The notes under the pieces: model-generated
The model's input: the letters and a program-made list of their open reading frames with translations, nothing else
The model's database searches: none
What the model was told of the DNA's origin: nothing
Assembly: GCA_040954595.2 (NCBI GenBank)
Contig: CM082582.2
Coordinates: forward strand, 1,782,303-1,846,302
From: Balanoglossus misakiensis
Taxonomy: Eukaryota; Animalia; Hemichordata
Direction of reading: 5' to 3'
Length of the DNA stretch: 64,000 nt
Program-made: the position numbers and the translations under genes
Shown: positions 25,384 through 37,996 of the stretch, one piece after another
Layout: each line of letters begins with the position of its first letter
Numbering within the stretch: the first letter of the stretch is position 1

Positions 25384-26354
25384 TTGAAGAAAAACAAATA
25401 TAAGATGACTGTGAGTGTGAGTGTGAGTGTGAAACATATCAAAAACAGAGAAAGCAAAAATGTGAACAAATGGGCCGAGCGCACAGGAACACAACAGACA
25501 TATCACTCAAACTGATTCAATAACTTCAGGCACTATCAGAACTGATTTGATGGCTGCATCATACCATTATATATTTCACCTCTATTTATGCCATGATAGA
25601 TAGGTAGGCAATACTTTTCATAGTGACTAGTGCAATACACCAAGCTATAATGGGCTGATTTGTCAATTTAAATAACGATACATTCTCATTTGAGTTGCTG
25701 TTAAAGATACACGCACAAAAAGAAGTAAAAATCGTGTAAAGGACACGGTGGTCCCATTGAGTGATTACACAAGAAAAAGTCTACACCCGAGTACATGGCC
25801 ATATACAGACAGACAGACACACACACACGTACACACACATAGCGAGAGATCAACAGGTTAACACTGACTGACCCATAAGCTACCAATGATGTGCGTACTG
25901 TACATACACCAAATAAAACAGCTGGTCTCATTAACATTTGGCCAGTTATGTAAGCATGCAGGAATTTGCTGTGGATACAAATGTCAGTAGGGGTTTAGTG
26001 GCAATTGCTCTTCGTGAGATAAAATTGTTTGTGGTATAAGACAAAATATTGTACAAAATATGGAAGTTCCAAATTACCTATGATATGTTTGTATCAAAAT
26101 TGGAAAATATGCCTCCCCCCCCCAAAAAAAAAAAAAAAAAAAAAAAATAAGACAGTGTCCCACAAAACATTAAAACTGTCATCATAGGTTTTGCAAATCA
26201 TCATGAGAACTCACCCAGAAACCTTCAAATCAAATTTCAAATCAATGGAGGTAGAGGGTTCTGAGAAAGAGTTTGACGGCAAAAAACACCCCAAAAATAT
26301 ATAGTGAAAGCTGTCATTACGGACACCTCTCTAATCAGGACACCTCTCTATTAA

Positions 26355-27651
26355 AGGCACGTAAGCTGCAACTGGATAAAAAATGAAAGTTTTAAGATGG
26401 GTCCCCCGGATCTTTTTGCTTGTTGCTATGGGCCTTTGCAGGACATTACACCCCGATTTGGACTAAGCCGTTGTCAGAGTCTAACAAGGGGCTGGTAACT
26501 AGTTGAAAATATGCACGATTGTGAGCGCGCGCCCCCTGACGCCATTGATATGCAAATTAGCTAGGTCAAATTTCAAAAGCCTAAGGCTTTTTATTCCGTG
26601 ACCTCAAAAACAAACTTGATACGTATTCATTAGTTGCTTGAACCAGGGAAGATCGTGATGGATTTTGTTTTCGAATATTATCGTTGTATCCTACGATTTC
26701 AGCATACCCGTACCACACCTGAAAAAGTCATCGATTTTGGGTGTTTTTGGACGCACTCTTCCACCGGTATCGCTTCTTAGCACGACGAAAATCGAAAAAA
26801 CGATCCGTCACACTGTGCGGAAGTGCGTTCTCAACAAACAGGTCAAATTTGACTGGCATGCGTGGCCTATGAAAAAAGCCTTAGGGATTTTCGTGAACGG
26901 TACAAAATTTCTGTGTACAAAACATTGGATTTTTAGCGTTCGATCCAGTTACTGTGGTTACAGGACGCACACGCTATCGCTGACCGCTGCTTTGCCGTAT
27001 TAGCGTGGCGGCCTATGGCCGGGCGGTAGCTGCCATAAACATACTCGGACAAGGGGTGTGCACACAATCGTGTGTATTTTTAGCTAGTTACAAGCCCCTT
27101 GTCGGACGTTCATAACGGTTTCGATTAAAATTGAGTGTAGTGTCCTATAAAGGCCCATAGCAACGAGCAAAAAGATACTGGGGACCCATCTTAAATAATC
27201 TCATATATGCTTTTAATTATGTCTATTAAATGATATGTCATGATAATATATCAAGCTCAACACTTAGTTATGACAAAATGGCCAAAAATTAAAGAAAAAC
27301 GAAAATTCCTGCAATTTTAAAAAAAGTGCAATATTGCAATGAAAAATGAAAATCTGATTTCTCAGTGGTGTACATTCCATGAGCTCAAGTGGATGAGATC
27401 ATGGTTAGTTTATGAAGTTTCATAACCTGAAATGCAACATTTTCATTGTTTCTTGCATTTTCCCACGGTTGCGCCATAATCGCTTGCGGCAAAGCTTTAT
27501 TATTTATCTGGTTAAAACTCTCATATGCACTCATATTTAGGGTTTATAATGCTTGTATTTAGTTCACTGCCTTCATCTGCATGGACTAATGGTAGTGCAG
27601 TTTGAAACAAAAATTATGAAAATTATCCCAAAAGTTACAGCTTACGTGCCT
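26355..27651. mobile_element. Kolobok-like element (TTAA TSD), interrupted
   Basis: TTAA|AGGCACGTAAGCTGCAACT...AGTTACAGCTTACGTGCCT|TTAA; TIR matches at 18 of 19 positions. Confidence 0.85.
26396..27190. mobile_element. TTAA-TSD element with ~130-bp imperfect TIRs
   Basis: TTAA|GATGGGTCCCC...TCTTTTTGCTTGTTGCTATGGGCCTTT ... AAAGGCCCATAGCAACGAGCAAAAAGAT...GGGGACCCATC|TTAA. Confidence 0.85.
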
Positions 27652-28799
27652 TTAAGGACAGATTTTTTCAAGACAAAAGTCACAGTTTGAATAGAAAATT
27701 ACCTGTCTATTACGGACACATTTTCCAGTCCCAGAGGTGTCCTGAATAGACAGGTTTCACTGTACTATTGAATTCTTTAACTTGATTTGAAAAACATACA
27801 TGCTAATCTTACTTGGGGTACTGCTATGAACATGCCTACCAAATTTCAAAGCAATCTGAAAAGCATTTTTAATGAAAAGAAATTTTGATCAAAACGGCAA
27901 AAATTTCTCCAAAATTATAAGATAACAATTTTGCAGCAATTTAAACAAAACTTTGATAAGTTAGATCACCTATATGAAGCTCCATACTAAATTTCAAAGA
28001 AGTCGGCTGATCAATTCCAGAAAAGTAGATTTTTACCAAAAATGTGGAAAAAGACAAAAAATGCACAAAAAATAGAAAATTCATACTATCAGCTCAAAAC
28101 ATACAGAGCTGTGTGAGGGTAATATAAGGTACTCACATACCAATTTTCAAATCAATATGACCAGGAGTTGTTGAGTTTCTGAGTTTTGACCAAATTACGG
28201 TTTTTCCCAGCTAATTTGCATATTTTTGGCAATGACAACTTCGTTTGAACAAACTCCCATCTAAGTCCCGGTATGCATCTACACACCAAATATCGAGGTT
28301 ATTGGCGCAACGGTTTTCAAGTTTTTGATGTGGACGGACATACAGACATACATCCATCTATCCGTCCATACATACATACAGACGCAACCAATCCTATAAG
28401 GTCCCACTGGTATATACCTATACAAATGGGACCTAAAAAAAACACAAAAAACGTCCTTGCTAGTTGATGTGGTACAATTATATTATATCACTTCACAGCT
28501 GGTAGCCAAGGGCAGTGTTTGCACAGAGGAGTCTCCTGAATGTCTTCGCTCGTTCACACCTCATCAGTGATAATGTCTGAATTACATTGACATGAAGCTG
28601 CCAGCCGCCTGGGTTCATTTTACACCCAAAACACTGAAAATATTGTAGCAGTCAATAATATAACCTACACACCGTGTAAAATTCACCATGTTTTAAAGTT
28701 ATGTTGATGTTTAATGTTTATTGTGACTTACAGGGCATGCAAGGCTAAAGCTTGTCCAAAGTTGACAAAGCAAAAGACCAGACCAGGTGCCTGTTTTAA

Positions 28800-29988
28800 A
28801 ATGTGCTTCCTTCCAAGGACCTTGGTGATGAGTCATGATTTGGGGAACGTTCGGAGTTACTTATTTTCTTTTGGTATGTTTTACCATTTCTGTCAATGTC
28901 GTACGCCACCGCTTCTGGAAAAAACATCTGCTCAAATGAACACACTTGTTCTAAAATGGGCAAAGAGCTATAGACGCGAAGTGCACCAGAGAACCGCGCA
29001 ATTCCAGACAAGAGTGTTGTATGAGTTGATTACTCCAGAGGAGTTTAAGGCGTATGAGAATTCGAAGATGGGGAGAAATACTTATAAGTAAGTTGCTTCT
29101 GCGAAAAAAGCTGAGTCCATTTCTGAAGACCAGTTTAAAATTATTAATGGGTACATTCTTGTGTGCCTTTCGTGTGACTCCGCACAAAGGTCTGGAGCTT
29201 TGATTAATGTAACTGTGGAAGATTTTAAAAGAGCTGTTGAAACCAAAAAAGGACATGTGGTTCTTGTCCCTCAGCATAAAACATCGAGTTCACATGGAGC
29301 AGCAAGACTAGGCTTTACAAAGCAGTTATTTCGTTTGGCAACCTTAATGGTGAGGGATGTTTTCCCTCGAACACAAGGCGGAGACTCTCCAACAAGGCCA
29401 CTTTTTTCGCTCTACGAAGGTACAGGACATACAAACTCTTCTTTCGCCAGATTTTTGAATACATCATGGCGAAGAAGTGGGGTTTCAAAAAAACGACTTA
29501 CAACAACAATTTGCAGAAAAAGTATGGTGACCATGGTTTTAATAAACAAACCCGAGATGTCAAAAGACCTTGCAAGCCATATGACGCACCAAGAGGCAAT
29601 CCAAGCTGCCTTTTACAGAATTTCCAACGCCGTAGAAGAAATATCAAATGTACTGGAGGAGACGAGAGGATTAAGACAGGGTTAAACAGCCAATTCTTCT
29701 AAAGCCAAAACCATTGAAGGCAAAAGTCCTCCAAGGTCGCCCAGCTGTACCAGTGAAATGGAAGAGGGAGAAGACGAACCGGAATCAACTTGTACATCAT
29801 ACGTCTTTAGTGGAAGAAAAGCATTTACACCAGAACAGGTTTTGATGATCTATTACAAATTCAAGAAGCAAATTGCTGCACACAAGATAACAGCTGCTGA
29901 TGTCCGCAAAATGCTAGATGAAGATGAGCAGTTAAAGAAGAAACTGAAACAGATTAATGATCGAGTAAGATGTTTTTATAGAAGATAG
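28800..29988 (+). pseudogene. Tyrosine recombinase (phage-integrase fold) pseudogene with a C-terminal Myb/SANT-like segment
   Basis: RSYLFSF...KWAKSY...LITPEEF, then an in-frame TAA at 29089-91, then DSAQRSG (R), QHKT (K), TTICRK (HxxR position), SHMTH (H) and AAFY (Y). After a further break: GRKAFTPEQV...QINDRVR. Confidence 0.75.
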
Positions 29989-31420
29989 AAGATAGAAGAT
30001 AGAAGCTCAAGACAAAGAAAAAAGAAATTGCAGACACGACATATATACATTCACAAACAAGTTAAACATGTTTGAACAAGTTAAACACACACATATACAT
30101 ACTGGCATTACATAGGCGTACACAAACATGTTCATTATTATTTTCCAGCTGAAAAGAAAAAGAGGACACAAAGAATAAAACCCATGTGTGTCTAATTACT
30201 GTATCCAAGGAATGCTTGCTGAATATTTTACGCACGCGCCTTTGGTACAGTAGTTGAATCACACAAAATATCAGCTACGAAGAGAAATAAACACACAATG
30301 AAAACCTGAGAGAAGTTGAAAACCAAGAAAGAAGGGGAAAGGCAGAACAGCAATAAGGTAAGTTGTCATTGTGAATTATTGTATGTTACACTAATACATG
30401 ATGTGTGTTTATCATAAATTACATAATTTGACCATAGAGCTAGATCTAGATAGGAGATGTATAAATTGACCTATTTTGACCCTGTAGTTTATGGCATTAA
30501 TGAGCGGGAAACAACTTCAATTTTTTTATCTAGTCTTGTGTCATGTCTTTAACAATTTCTGAAAATGTTATGCCTGAAAGCCTATGTTTTCATACCTTTA
30601 CAACTTTTAACCTATGACACATGTTTTTTCCTGTGTTTAACCTAAGGCTTTTTTTCCTGTAATTTTTTTGATGACTTCCTCTCTGAATATATTTTATATG
30701 AAGATACCCCAGAATAGAGATAATTTTTCTGTATTAACCCTGAAAAAACAGAACACAAGCTCCTTTTCTACTTGATTTTTGTTATGTGGGTCTTGAAAAT
30801 TTAGTGTTTATACATAGTAATGTATGGAGGAAAAATGTTGGATTTTCAGGTAAGACATACACAACTACTGACATACTTTGGTTGGGACTATTCTTAAAGT
30901 GTAACCGGTTTTGAAATCTCCAATAACAGCTCTAAAACATATTGAAAACCCGATGTAAAATCATTAAGAATAAATTAATAGTTGGGGCCACAATAAAGGG
31001 ATGTAAAAGTAATGATTTCGCTTTAATTGCATGTTAAAGAATAGGAAAAATGAAAACATTAGAGACCCTATCCTAAAATGTACAATAAAGGAGCTTAAGA
31101 GCTGATTTTGTCAGGAATAATAGACATTTGAATTCCCTATTCTGGGGTACCTTAATATTAAATAAATACAGACAAGAAGTAATAAAATAATTTTATGAAC
31201 AAAATTGTTGTACCCCATAGGTATAACACAGTATAAAACAAGGTGTCATAGGAAAAATTTTTGGAAAGTATGAAAACATGTTGTTTAAAGCTTGTAATTT
31301 TCAGAGACTGTTGAGAACATGATGGGATACTACCTACATTTTTTTTTTTAAGTTGTGACATGTACAATAATGCCATAAGCTATTGATACAAACCAGGCAA
31401 TTCATAAATTTCACACAGAA

Positions 31421-32907
31421 ATTAAAGCTGCAAGCAGCATTGTCGGGCCCAAGCGCTGATCTTTAATTATATATGCACAGTATGAATGACAAAAAACAGA
31501 ATTTTCTATCGTATGTATTATCTGATGACATAACAAGGATGTGTGTAGTTTTGCTGCTGAAATAGGGTGAAGTAGGTCAAAGGTCACCAGAGGTCACGCA
31601 ACATTTGGGCAAAAAATGTTGATCCCATACTGGTCCATGTCCAACAAAAAACAAAACTCTAGCTCTATTGGTTCGCCTGTAATTAGGTATGTGCATATTT
31701 AATGAGGTCAGCAGGTGTCACAGGTGACCCAAAAATGTGGCTTTAAATTGTGGTCCCATCCTACCAAATGCCATGGCTGTATCTGCTCTGGATGCTGAGA
31801 TATGCGAAAGTAGGTCAAAGGTCACCAGAGGTCACCCAACATTTGGGCAAAAAATTTTGATCCCATACTGGTCCATGTCCAACAAAAACCAAACCTCTAG
31901 CTCTATTGGTTCGCCTGTAATTAGCTATGCACATAATTAATGAGGTCAGCAGAGGTCAAAGGGGTCATGAAAAGTAGCAATATATTTTGATCACACACTA
32001 ATCCACATGCATCAAAAACCAAACGTCTAGCCCTATAGGTTAGCCTGGAATTAGATATGCAGAAATAATAATGTGTGAAAAGTAGGTCAAAGGTCATGTG
32101 AAAAATCGCCAAAAATTTGTAACATATTGTAGTCATATGACGAATGATATCCATTAAAAGAATTTGTATGCTATCAATTTTTATACTAGAAAAAGGAATT
32201 TTAATTTTTCACTGCTTTTTACAAAATCCAATATGGCCGCCATAATCTTCGACCAATCACAATGCTCTTTGCAAACTTGATAGACATCAGTGTAGTGACC
32301 ATACTCCCCGAATCTTGCGACTCAGTCATCGCCCGTTCTGGAGAAGAAGATTTTTGGAGTTTAACTATGGTTTTTCGAAAATCCAATATGGCCGCCATAA
32401 TCTTCGACCAATCACAATGATCTTCGCAAACTTGATAGACATCAGTTAGGTGACCACATACCCCAAACCTTGTGTCTCGCTTATCACCGGTTCTGGAGAA
32501 GAAGATTTTTGAAATTTAAGCTAGATTTCAGAAAAAAAATTGTAGCAAAAAAACTGCAACATTGACAGCAAAATTTCCAATTACAAAAATGATGGGTAGA
32601 AGGTAGTCTACCGGCATGCCAAATTTGAAGTCGATCTGACTTGTAGTTTCTGAGATCTGAGATTTGATTTTTTTCAGAAAATCCAATATGGCCGCCAGGT
32701 CACGTGACTAATTAAGTATTCACAAGTCACTGCACATCTACTCATTGACCTTGACCACTGTAGCAAGTTTGAGAAGTGTACCTGCAGCGGTGTCTGAGAT
32801 CTAGAGCGACAAAGAAATGACACAAGAATAAAGAAAGAAAGAAAGCCGGAAAGAAAAATTCCAACGAAACCAATAGGGCCCAAGCGCTTGCGTGCGCTTG
32901 GGCCCTA
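31421..32907 (+). mobile_element. Apparently complete Helentron-associated non-autonomous element (family B)
   Basis: 5' ATTAAAGCTGCAAGCAGC; subterminal GGGCCCAAGCGC (31445-56); internal tandem units (periods ~238 and ~157 bp); (AAGA)n; 3' 14-bp stem TAGGGCCCAAGCGC-TTGCGT-GCGCTTGGGCCCTA. A related 5' end lies inverted at ~7080-7116. Confidence 0.75.
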
Positions 32908-33375
32908 AATATGTAAGTTTTAGGTAATGATTGCAATTCTACTGTAACACTTGGAGTGGGTCTATCTAGGATTAGGATAATATACAGAGGAGTGTATGGT
33001 AGCAAGTATGTTTTACAACCCATATTCCTGTTTCTGAGAGTTACAATTGACATGGGGGAAAAGTGTGAATGTCAGTTTCTGGCCACAAGAGGGCGCTGTC
33101 ATTTTGGATCCATATCAAAAAATGGCCGCCATGGGTCAATGCATAAGTGTACCAAGTTTCATGCTTTTAACCCAAAATGCACGATTTTTTGGTTAACTGC
33201 CCCACTAGAAGAAGACACTGCAGTAAATACTTAAAATAAAAATACTGAAAACAAAGTGAAAAGTTGTACAGCTAATGAAGCTTGAAATATGTTCAGACAC
33301 AAGTAGAACAGGCAATCCAAACACATTATAAACATTGAGAAAAACACCCAAAGTTACCTGTACTACGGTTATCTA

Positions 33376-35885
33376 TGGGGGCCTGTTCTGGTCAAAATTG
33401 TAGTTTATTAATAAAACATGTTAGAATTAATTTTATAGAGCCTGGAATTAATTTTACCAGTATATAGAATTATTTTTTTATGTGCTTTAATTTTTTTTTG
33501 TAGTCAAGCAGAATTAATTTTATGTGTTCTAAATAATTATTTTAGCTTATCTTTGTTAGAAATAATTCTGCCAACATCTCAAATTATTTTTATGTGTAGA
33601 CTCGAATTAATTTCACGTGTTGTGTCGAATTAATGTTACGTTGTCAAATAATATTGCCCTTACAATCCTTTCCGCGTAAATCAAAATGTCGGCGGCTGAG
33701 CATGTCTTTCTCGCCGCATAAAGTTCAAAAAGGGGCCGTTGTACAAGTTGTGAGACGTTTTGGGGCGGTTTGCTGTCCAATATAAATGCAGTGAGCTCGA
33801 TAATGGCGATCGGTGCACGATTTTTGGTATACAGACAGAATTTTGTAGTCAAACCACTCAAAACCACTACCAGTTGGTGTAATCGCCAGCCTTGCTATGG
33901 TCTATAGCCCAGCTCTGCGTACAGTGTTCTCGGTGTGGAGGCCGTGACATGGCGGGAACACACAGACATGTACGCAGAGCTAGCTGTTGCCCCGCGTTGC
34001 CAGTTGATTAAATAAATTTTGACATCTGAACATACGAAAATTGTGTTAATTTGTTATTTCCCGAACTAAGAAATAGCTGTAGGGCCAGACCCTGGGAAAC
34101 GACGAATAAAGTATTCCTTAATATTTCCTTGTAAACTCAAGTTTTGTGTAAATAAATTTGAATTTAAAGGACAAAGTCTCTCTCTACATAACCATATTTA
34201 ATTGGAAATTGGATAGCTTGCATTCTAGATTTAGAACAGATAAGATAGGGTGTGGGGCATAGACAGTAGAGGGGTAGACCCCGAAGTCTCCACCTCCTCT
34301 ATAGGCTGCATTCACAAACACCTCTGGAGGGGGGGGGGGGGGGGGGGGGCGAGAGAATTCAATTTTTTTACCGGTAATTTTCACATGCCCCCCCCGTACA
34401 CAACCCGAAATATTTTCAAATCCCTCCTTATGAACTGCCAACAATTTGAAATCCCCCCCCCCCATTTTCTTTCACAGAGCAAAACACATCACCTATCTAT
34501 CTTGTAAAAAAGAAAAACAGCGCTCCCATGAAAAGAATTTGAAACTGATGTTTTCCCTCATCAGTGGGTATTAAAACTGAACATTGTTTTTATTTTTTAA
34601 GTATTTGTATTCTGTGTTGGGAGACATTGAAAACCGAGAATTGAAGGGGGTGGGTTTGGGAGGGGTTTCCCCTTCCCATGTAAGAAAATTTTATAAAAAT
34701 ACAGAGCTCAAAGCTGCATTTTAATGAACCTAGCAAAAGCAAATTAACTCAACCACCGGTATGTTGGGGAGGTCAAATTAAACCGTCGCCGCTCAAAGCT
34801 ATCATGGGGTGGGCAAGTCCCCTGACCTGGGACACTAGATAAACCAGTCAATGATTGAAAGGTGTTGATGAATGGAGGGGTGGGTATTAGAAAATGTTGT
34901 AAAATAAAGGGCCCGAAACTGTATTTTTGTGGACTCAAAATAAATATTTAGTCGTCAAAGTTTTCACGTCGCCCCTTTCAGTCCCTAAATTATTTCAAAT
35001 TCCCCCCTTACATACCCTCAATTTTTTTTCAAATCCCCCCCTCAATTCTTCCCCCCCCCCCCCTCCAGAACTGTTTGTGAATGCAGCCCTACTGTCTATG
35101 TATCTCTTTTTACGTCTATGGTGTGGGGTAACACAGAAACATAATCAAGTACAGAGATTGTTCAGCAAGTAGTGTTCATTGTAGAAAAAAGTATATCGGA
35201 ACAGCGTTAATGCAAAGTTCCTCAAGAAAGGGGGACTTTTGTGCTTAATGTTAGCAGCTCCTTATGGTGTAACTCGGCCTTTACCAATACCGGCGATGCC
35301 TCCACACCACAGCTGAATAGCATTGCCATAGGCAATGCTGGCGATTATCCCAATTGCTTATTGACTGGAAAATTCCGTCTGTAGACCATAACTCGTGCAC
35401 CGATCGCCGTTTTCAAGCACACTGCATTTATATTGGACAGCAAATCGCCCAAAAACGTCTCACAACTTGTACAACAGCCCCTTTTTGATCTTTATGCAGC
35501 GAGAAAGACATGCTCAGCTGCCGCCATCTTGATTTACGCGCACAGGATTGTAAGGGCAATATTAATTCGACACAACGTAAAATTAATTCGACACAACACG
35601 TGAAATTAAATCGACTAAACACGTGATATTAATTCGACACTACACCTGTAATTAATTTGAGTCTACACGTAAACATAATTTGAGATGTTGGCAAAATTAT
35701 TTCTAACAAAGATAAGCTAAAATAATTATTTAGAACACATAAAATTAATTATGCATGACTACAAAAAATAATTAAATCACATAAAAAATAATTCTATATA
35801 CTGGTAAAATTAATTCCAGGCTCTATAAAATTAATTCTAACACGTTTTATTAATAAACTACAATTTTGACCAGAACGGGCCCCCA
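33376..35885. mobile_element. Long-TIR (~520-560 bp) non-autonomous DNA transposon, TA-flanked
   Basis: TA|TGGGGGCCTGTTCTGGTCAAAATTG...CAATTTTGACCAGAACGGGCCCCCA|TA; arms ~33376-33900 and ~35325-35885 with repeated AATTAATT motifs. Confidence 0.85.
34302..35089. mobile_element. MITE with GGCTGCATTCACAAACA TIRs and poly-G/poly-C subtermini
   Basis: TIRs at 34304 and 35089. It splits a tiny palindromic element, CATAGACAGTAGAGG...CCTCTA[ ]CTGTCTATG. A related copy lies inverted at ~37400-37970. Confidence 0.75.
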
Positions 35886-37996
35886 TACTGAATGTTTGAA
35901 TTTTATCTCTAGCTTTCTCAGATCCTGAAATATTTTATTTTTTAACTGTATGAATACCCCTAAAATTATGCTATCATTACTATGACAACCGCTCCTCACA
36001 GCCACACCAATCATTAATTTGAGTGCAAACAACCTCATTCTGACAGCTGGATAAACAGGCTTTCCCAAATATATGTCTGCAAAAAATACTCCTTGGGTGC
36101 CAGGGGGGGGGGGGGGGGGGGGGGTCGGTCTCTGGCCCATGGACTATAACCAAATAGTGATAGTCCCAAATAAAGCCATCAACTCCAATTTTGGATTGTT
36201 GTTTCCGCGATCATGCTGGATGCAATGCGGATATAATAAAACAACTCTGTGAAAAATATGTTTGTTTACAAATTCGTTCACCTTTGTGGGTATATTCAAC
36301 AGAAAGGGTTACTCCCCTTAACAAACAAACAATCATGACCATATTTGTAAACATACATATTTTTGTCACACATTTTTATATTAAACAAACACACACACAC
36401 ACTGCAAAGAAGGAGGAAGAGCTCCCTGTGGTCTTCCCACAAACGTTGGAATCACACTGCAGTGGTCGCCTGATTCAACCAGTAAAGGTCACATGAGGTC
36501 ATCAATTGTTGTCGGTTTACTGGTTGAATATTCTCTGAAAGCACGCCTTAACATTGATATTTTGCAATTGGTGTCAATAGTCATGAACTTTAATGTATGG
36601 AGCATCACTCGGCCCAAGTTACTGAGTTGCGATAGGGCGCATCAACAGAGGAAACTGATTGTCGATCGTCTATGTCTCAAGCTTACCTTGTTTACGGACT
36701 GAATCAGGGGACTACAGCAGTGTTATTTCGACGAATGTGATTATACCCGCACAATAAGTCGTGAAAACTATCTGTGATATCTTAAAACACACTAAATACT
36801 GTAATGTTTCAATACTCACTCCGCCAAATCTGTATATAGGAATAATGATGGTGGACAGTGTGGGGGCATGACTTGCAGAAAACAGCTGGTTGCTCGCTCC
36901 TTGGCTTCGCATGTTTTCGGACTTTTCCGCTATTCTTTCAGAGAAATATGACACCGTCCTTGGTGCGTAACAAACACTGGCCAAGTAACGTCCATAGAAA
37001 AGGCGACATTGCAGTTGACGACAGAAAAAACTGGCAGATTCGCTAGCCTGCATGTCACACATGTGTTTACAGCGAAGACATTGAACGGGTCAAAGGCAAC
37101 GGGTCGAAGGTCAGCAACAACGCCCTCTTGGGGTATATTCTGCGGAACTTTTGAAAGTTCCCAATCTCGTATCCTAAGGACGCCAGCAGAATTTCCTGCG
37201 GCATTTTAATTCTCATTCAAATATGAAAGAAATAAACCTAACCCAGTGTGAATTAGTTGGTTTAAAAGGGGAGTTATGGCAGGGTCTTCTTTCGGTAGTT
37301 TTGACCCCCAATAAGGCCTATCTACGGAGAGGATCTCTTATTCTTCAAATTTATTAATGAAGGCGCGTTTATGGCTAAGGGACAATTCAGTTTTTAAGGC
37401 GGGAGGGGGGCGGCAAAATCCAGGGGGGGGGGGTCACTTAAATTTTGAAGTCAGAAAGTTTTAAAAACGTTTAGGGGGGTCACATACTTTTGCCACAAAA
37501 CTTTTGCTTTGAGTCCACCACATTGCAGTTTTGCGCCCTTTATTTTACAAAATTTTATAATGTGGAAAGGGACAACCCACCCCATCCATTCTTCGCCACA
37601 TTTCATTTATTGCCTGGTTTATCTAGTGTACAAGGGCAGACTACTTGCCACCCCACCACACCGATGCGTACTTTGAGTTGAGTGGCAAATGTAAAATTGG
37701 TCCTCCCCAATATTGAGTTAATTTGTTTTTGAGTTCATTAAAATGCAACTTTCAGCCCGTTATTTTACAAAATTTCCTTATCTGGGAGGGGGACAACCCC
37801 TGCCACACCCACCCCCGCCACGTTTCTTGTTTTACCAATCCTACCAATTATTGTATTGACTTGTCATTTTTTTTCAGTATTCATTCTTTTTTGCAGCGAT
37901 ATACTATTATAAACTTCAATTACTTTAAGAAAAAATTGAAGTGTGAAAAACCATTCGATTTCAGGGGGGTTAAAGATTTTGGTATGTGACCCAGTT

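Larger units (their letters stand above)
26302..27762. mobile_element. Tc1/pogo-type MITE, interrupted
   Basis: TA|TAGTGAAAGCTGTC...GACAGGTTTCACTG|TA; the empty site is visible in the paralog at ~2789. Confidence 0.8.
26040..28434 (+). mobile_element. Helentron-like non-autonomous element (family A) hosting three nested insertions
   Basis: Homologous to 2466-3330; (CATA)n, then a 3' hairpin AGGTCCCA...TGGGACCT (28399-28434) followed by an A run. Confidence 0.65.

Noticed and set aside
29161-29685. This YR as the missing recombinase of the Ngaro element
   Set aside because: It is 14 kb away, outside the repeats, disabled, and lacks DIRS-type motifs such as HSFRxG and GxWxS.
34326-36124. Poly-G/poly-C runs as functional G-quadruplexes
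   Set aside because: Mostly subterminal tracts of MITEs, and homopolymer lengths are unreliable.
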